Assembly (NCBI GenBank): GCA_964016885.1
Contig: OZ024742.1
Location: forward strand, 58,590,001 to 58,654,000
Source: Eledone cirrhosa
Taxonomy: Eukaryota
Direction of reading: 5' to 3'
Length of the DNA: 64,000 nt
Shown here piece by piece: positions 61,268-64,000 of this stretch (positions are counted from its first letter, which is position 1; every line of letters starts with the position of its first letter). The notes under the pieces are model-generated. The model did not search any database and was not told where the DNA came from. It worked only from the letters and a program-made list of their open reading frames with translations. The translations under genes were made by a program, and so were the position numbers.

Positions 61268-63072
61268 TTGGTGGTGGTAGTGTTAGTGGTGGGTGTGGAG
61301 GTGGTGTTAATAGCAGCAGTCTTAATGGTGGTGATGGTAGCAGTATTAGTAGCGGTGGTGGTTGAAGTGAAGTTAGTTGCGGTAGTGGTGGTGGTTGAAG
61401 TGGTAGTAGTGGTGGTTGTGGTGGTGGTTGAAGTGGTAGAGGTGGTGGTGTTTGAAGTGGTAGTAGTGATGGTGGTTGAAGTGGTAGTAGTGGTGGTGGT
61501 TGAAGTGGTAGTAGCGGTGGTGGTTGTGGTGGTGGTTGAAGTGGTAGCAGTGGTGGTAGTTGAAGTGGTAGTAATGGTGGTGGTTGAAGTGGTAGTAGTG
61601 GTGGTGGTTGAAGTGGTAGTAGTGGTGGTGGTTGAAGTGGTAGTAGTGGTGGTAGTTGAAGTGGTAGTAATGGTGGTGGTTGAAGTGGTAGTAGTGGTGG
61701 TGGTTGAAGTGGTAGTAGTGGTGGTGGTTGAAGTGGTAGTAGTGGTGGTGGTTGAAGTGGTAGTAGTGGTGGTGGTTGAAGTGGTAGTAGTGGTGGTAGT
61801 TGAAGTGGTAGTAGTGGTGGTGGTTGAAGTGGTAGTAGTGATGGTAGTTGAAGTGGTAGTAATGGTGGTAGTAAAGTGGTAGTAGTGGTGGTGGTTGAAG
61901 TGGTAGTAGTGGTGGTAGTTGAAGTGGTAGTAGTGGTGGTGGTAGTAGTGGTGGTAGTTGAAGTGGTAGTAGTGGTGGTGGTAGTTGAAGTGGTAGTAGT
62001 GGTGGTGGTAGTTGAAGTGGTAGTAGTGGTGGTGGTAGTTGAAGTGGTAGTAGTGGTAGTGGTTGAAGTGGTAGTAGTGGTGGTAGTTGAAGTGGTAGTA
62101 ATGGTGGTGGTTGAAGTGGTAGTAGTGGTGGTGGTAGTTGAAGTGGTAGTAGTGGTGGTAGTTGAAGTGGTAGTAGTGGTGGTGGTAGTTGAAGTGGTAG
62201 TAGTGGTGGTGGTAGTTGAAGTGGTAGTAGTGGTGGTGGTAGTTGAAGTGGTAGTAGTAGTAGTGGTAGTTGAAGTGGTAGTAGTGGTAGTGGTTGAAGT
62301 GGTAGTAGTGGTGGTAGTTGAAGTGGTAGTAGTGGTGGTGGTAGTTGAAGTGGTAGTAGTGGTGGTGGTAGTTGAAGTGGTAGTAGTGGTGGTGGTAGTT
62401 GAAGTGGTAGTAGTGGTGGTGGTAGTTGAAGTGGTAGTAGTGGTGGTGGTAGTTGAAGTGGTAGTAGTGGTGGTGGTAGTTGAAGTGGTAGTAGTGGTAG
62501 TGGTAGTTGAAGTGGTAGTAGTGGTGGTGGTAGTTGAAGTGGTAGTAGTGGTGGTGGTAGTTGAAGTGGTAGTAGTGGTGGTGGTAGTTGAAGTGGTAGT
62601 AGTGGTGGTGGTAGTTGAAGTGGTAGTAGTGGTGGTGGTAGTTGAAGTGGTAGTAGTGGTGGTGGTAGTTGAAGTGGTAGTAATGGTGGTGGTAGTTGAA
62701 GTGGTAGTAGTGGTGGTGGTAGTTGAAGTGGTAGTAGTGGTGGTGGTAGTTGAAGTGGTAGTAGTGGTGGTGGTAGTTGAAGTGGTAGTAGTGGTGGTGG
62801 TAGTTGAAGTGGTAGTAGTGGTGGTGGTAGTTGAAGTGGTAGTAGTGGTGGTGGTAGTTGAAGTGGTAGTAGTGGTGGTGGTAGTTGAAGTGGTAGTAGT
62901 GGTGGTGGTAGTTGAAGTGGTAGTAGTGGTGGTGGTAGTTGAAGTGGTAGTAGTGGTGGTGGTAGTTGAAGTGGTAGTAGTGGTGGTGGTAGTTGAAGTG
63001 GTAGTAGTGGTGGTGGTAGTTGAAGTGGTAGTAGTGGTGGTGGTAGTTGAAGTGGTAGTAGTGGTGGTGGTT
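61268..63072. repeat. Minisatellite of 24-27-bp units (GAAGTGGTAGTAGTGGTGGTGGTAGTT)
   Basis: Seen directly; it explains the poly-Val ORFs. Confidence 0.95.
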
Positions 63073-63289
63073 TAAACAGCTGGAATATGTTTTTGAAACA
63101 TTTTAACTTGGCCTCTGATTACGGTTGTTACTGAAACATTGATCGCACATGCACACACATACATACACACATATAAATACACGCACATACACGCACATAC
63201 ACACACATACGTACACACACATACATACACATGCACACACACACACACACACGTGTGCGTGTGTATGTATGTATAGTTATATATATCCA

Positions 63290-63900
<611 letters not shown>

Positions 63901-64000
63901 AAGTGGATGATGGAGCGCACGGGGTTTACGTTCCTAGAGCACCCACGAAGAGGGAAAAACTGCGAATATTAGACGGTCCATAAAAATACCTATAAACCAC

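Noticed and set aside
61247-63075. Poly-Val ORFs of 211 and 399 aa
   Set aside because: They are translations of a GTG/GTA minisatellite with no gene context.

Overview
AT-rich, repeat-dense animal genomic DNA. The SINE/LINE repertoire points to an octopus or related cephalopod (inference). The window starts with the 3' coding end of mitochondrial ribosomal protein uL4m (MRPL4, +). It then carries a complete 17-coding-exon CCT3 gene (TRiC/CCT gamma, +, 9799-51846). I spliced the exons by hand at GT..AG junctions into a 1647-nt ORF of 548 aa. Introns and intergenic DNA hold RTE LINEs (one with an intact 831-aa ORF containing a PHD-like finger), CR1 fragments, a Tx1/L1 element, tRNA-derived SINEs, a DD37D maT transposon, piggyBac remnants, Helitrons, MITEs and a 1.8-kb minisatellite. 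The most unusual signal is a set of minimal Penelope-type hammerhead ribozyme motifs. One pair lies in a perfect 203-bp-arm palindrome in CCT3 intron 3 and another in a related palindrome in intron 4. Next to these palindromes are CCT3 codons that a single A-to-I edit would return to the conserved residue.
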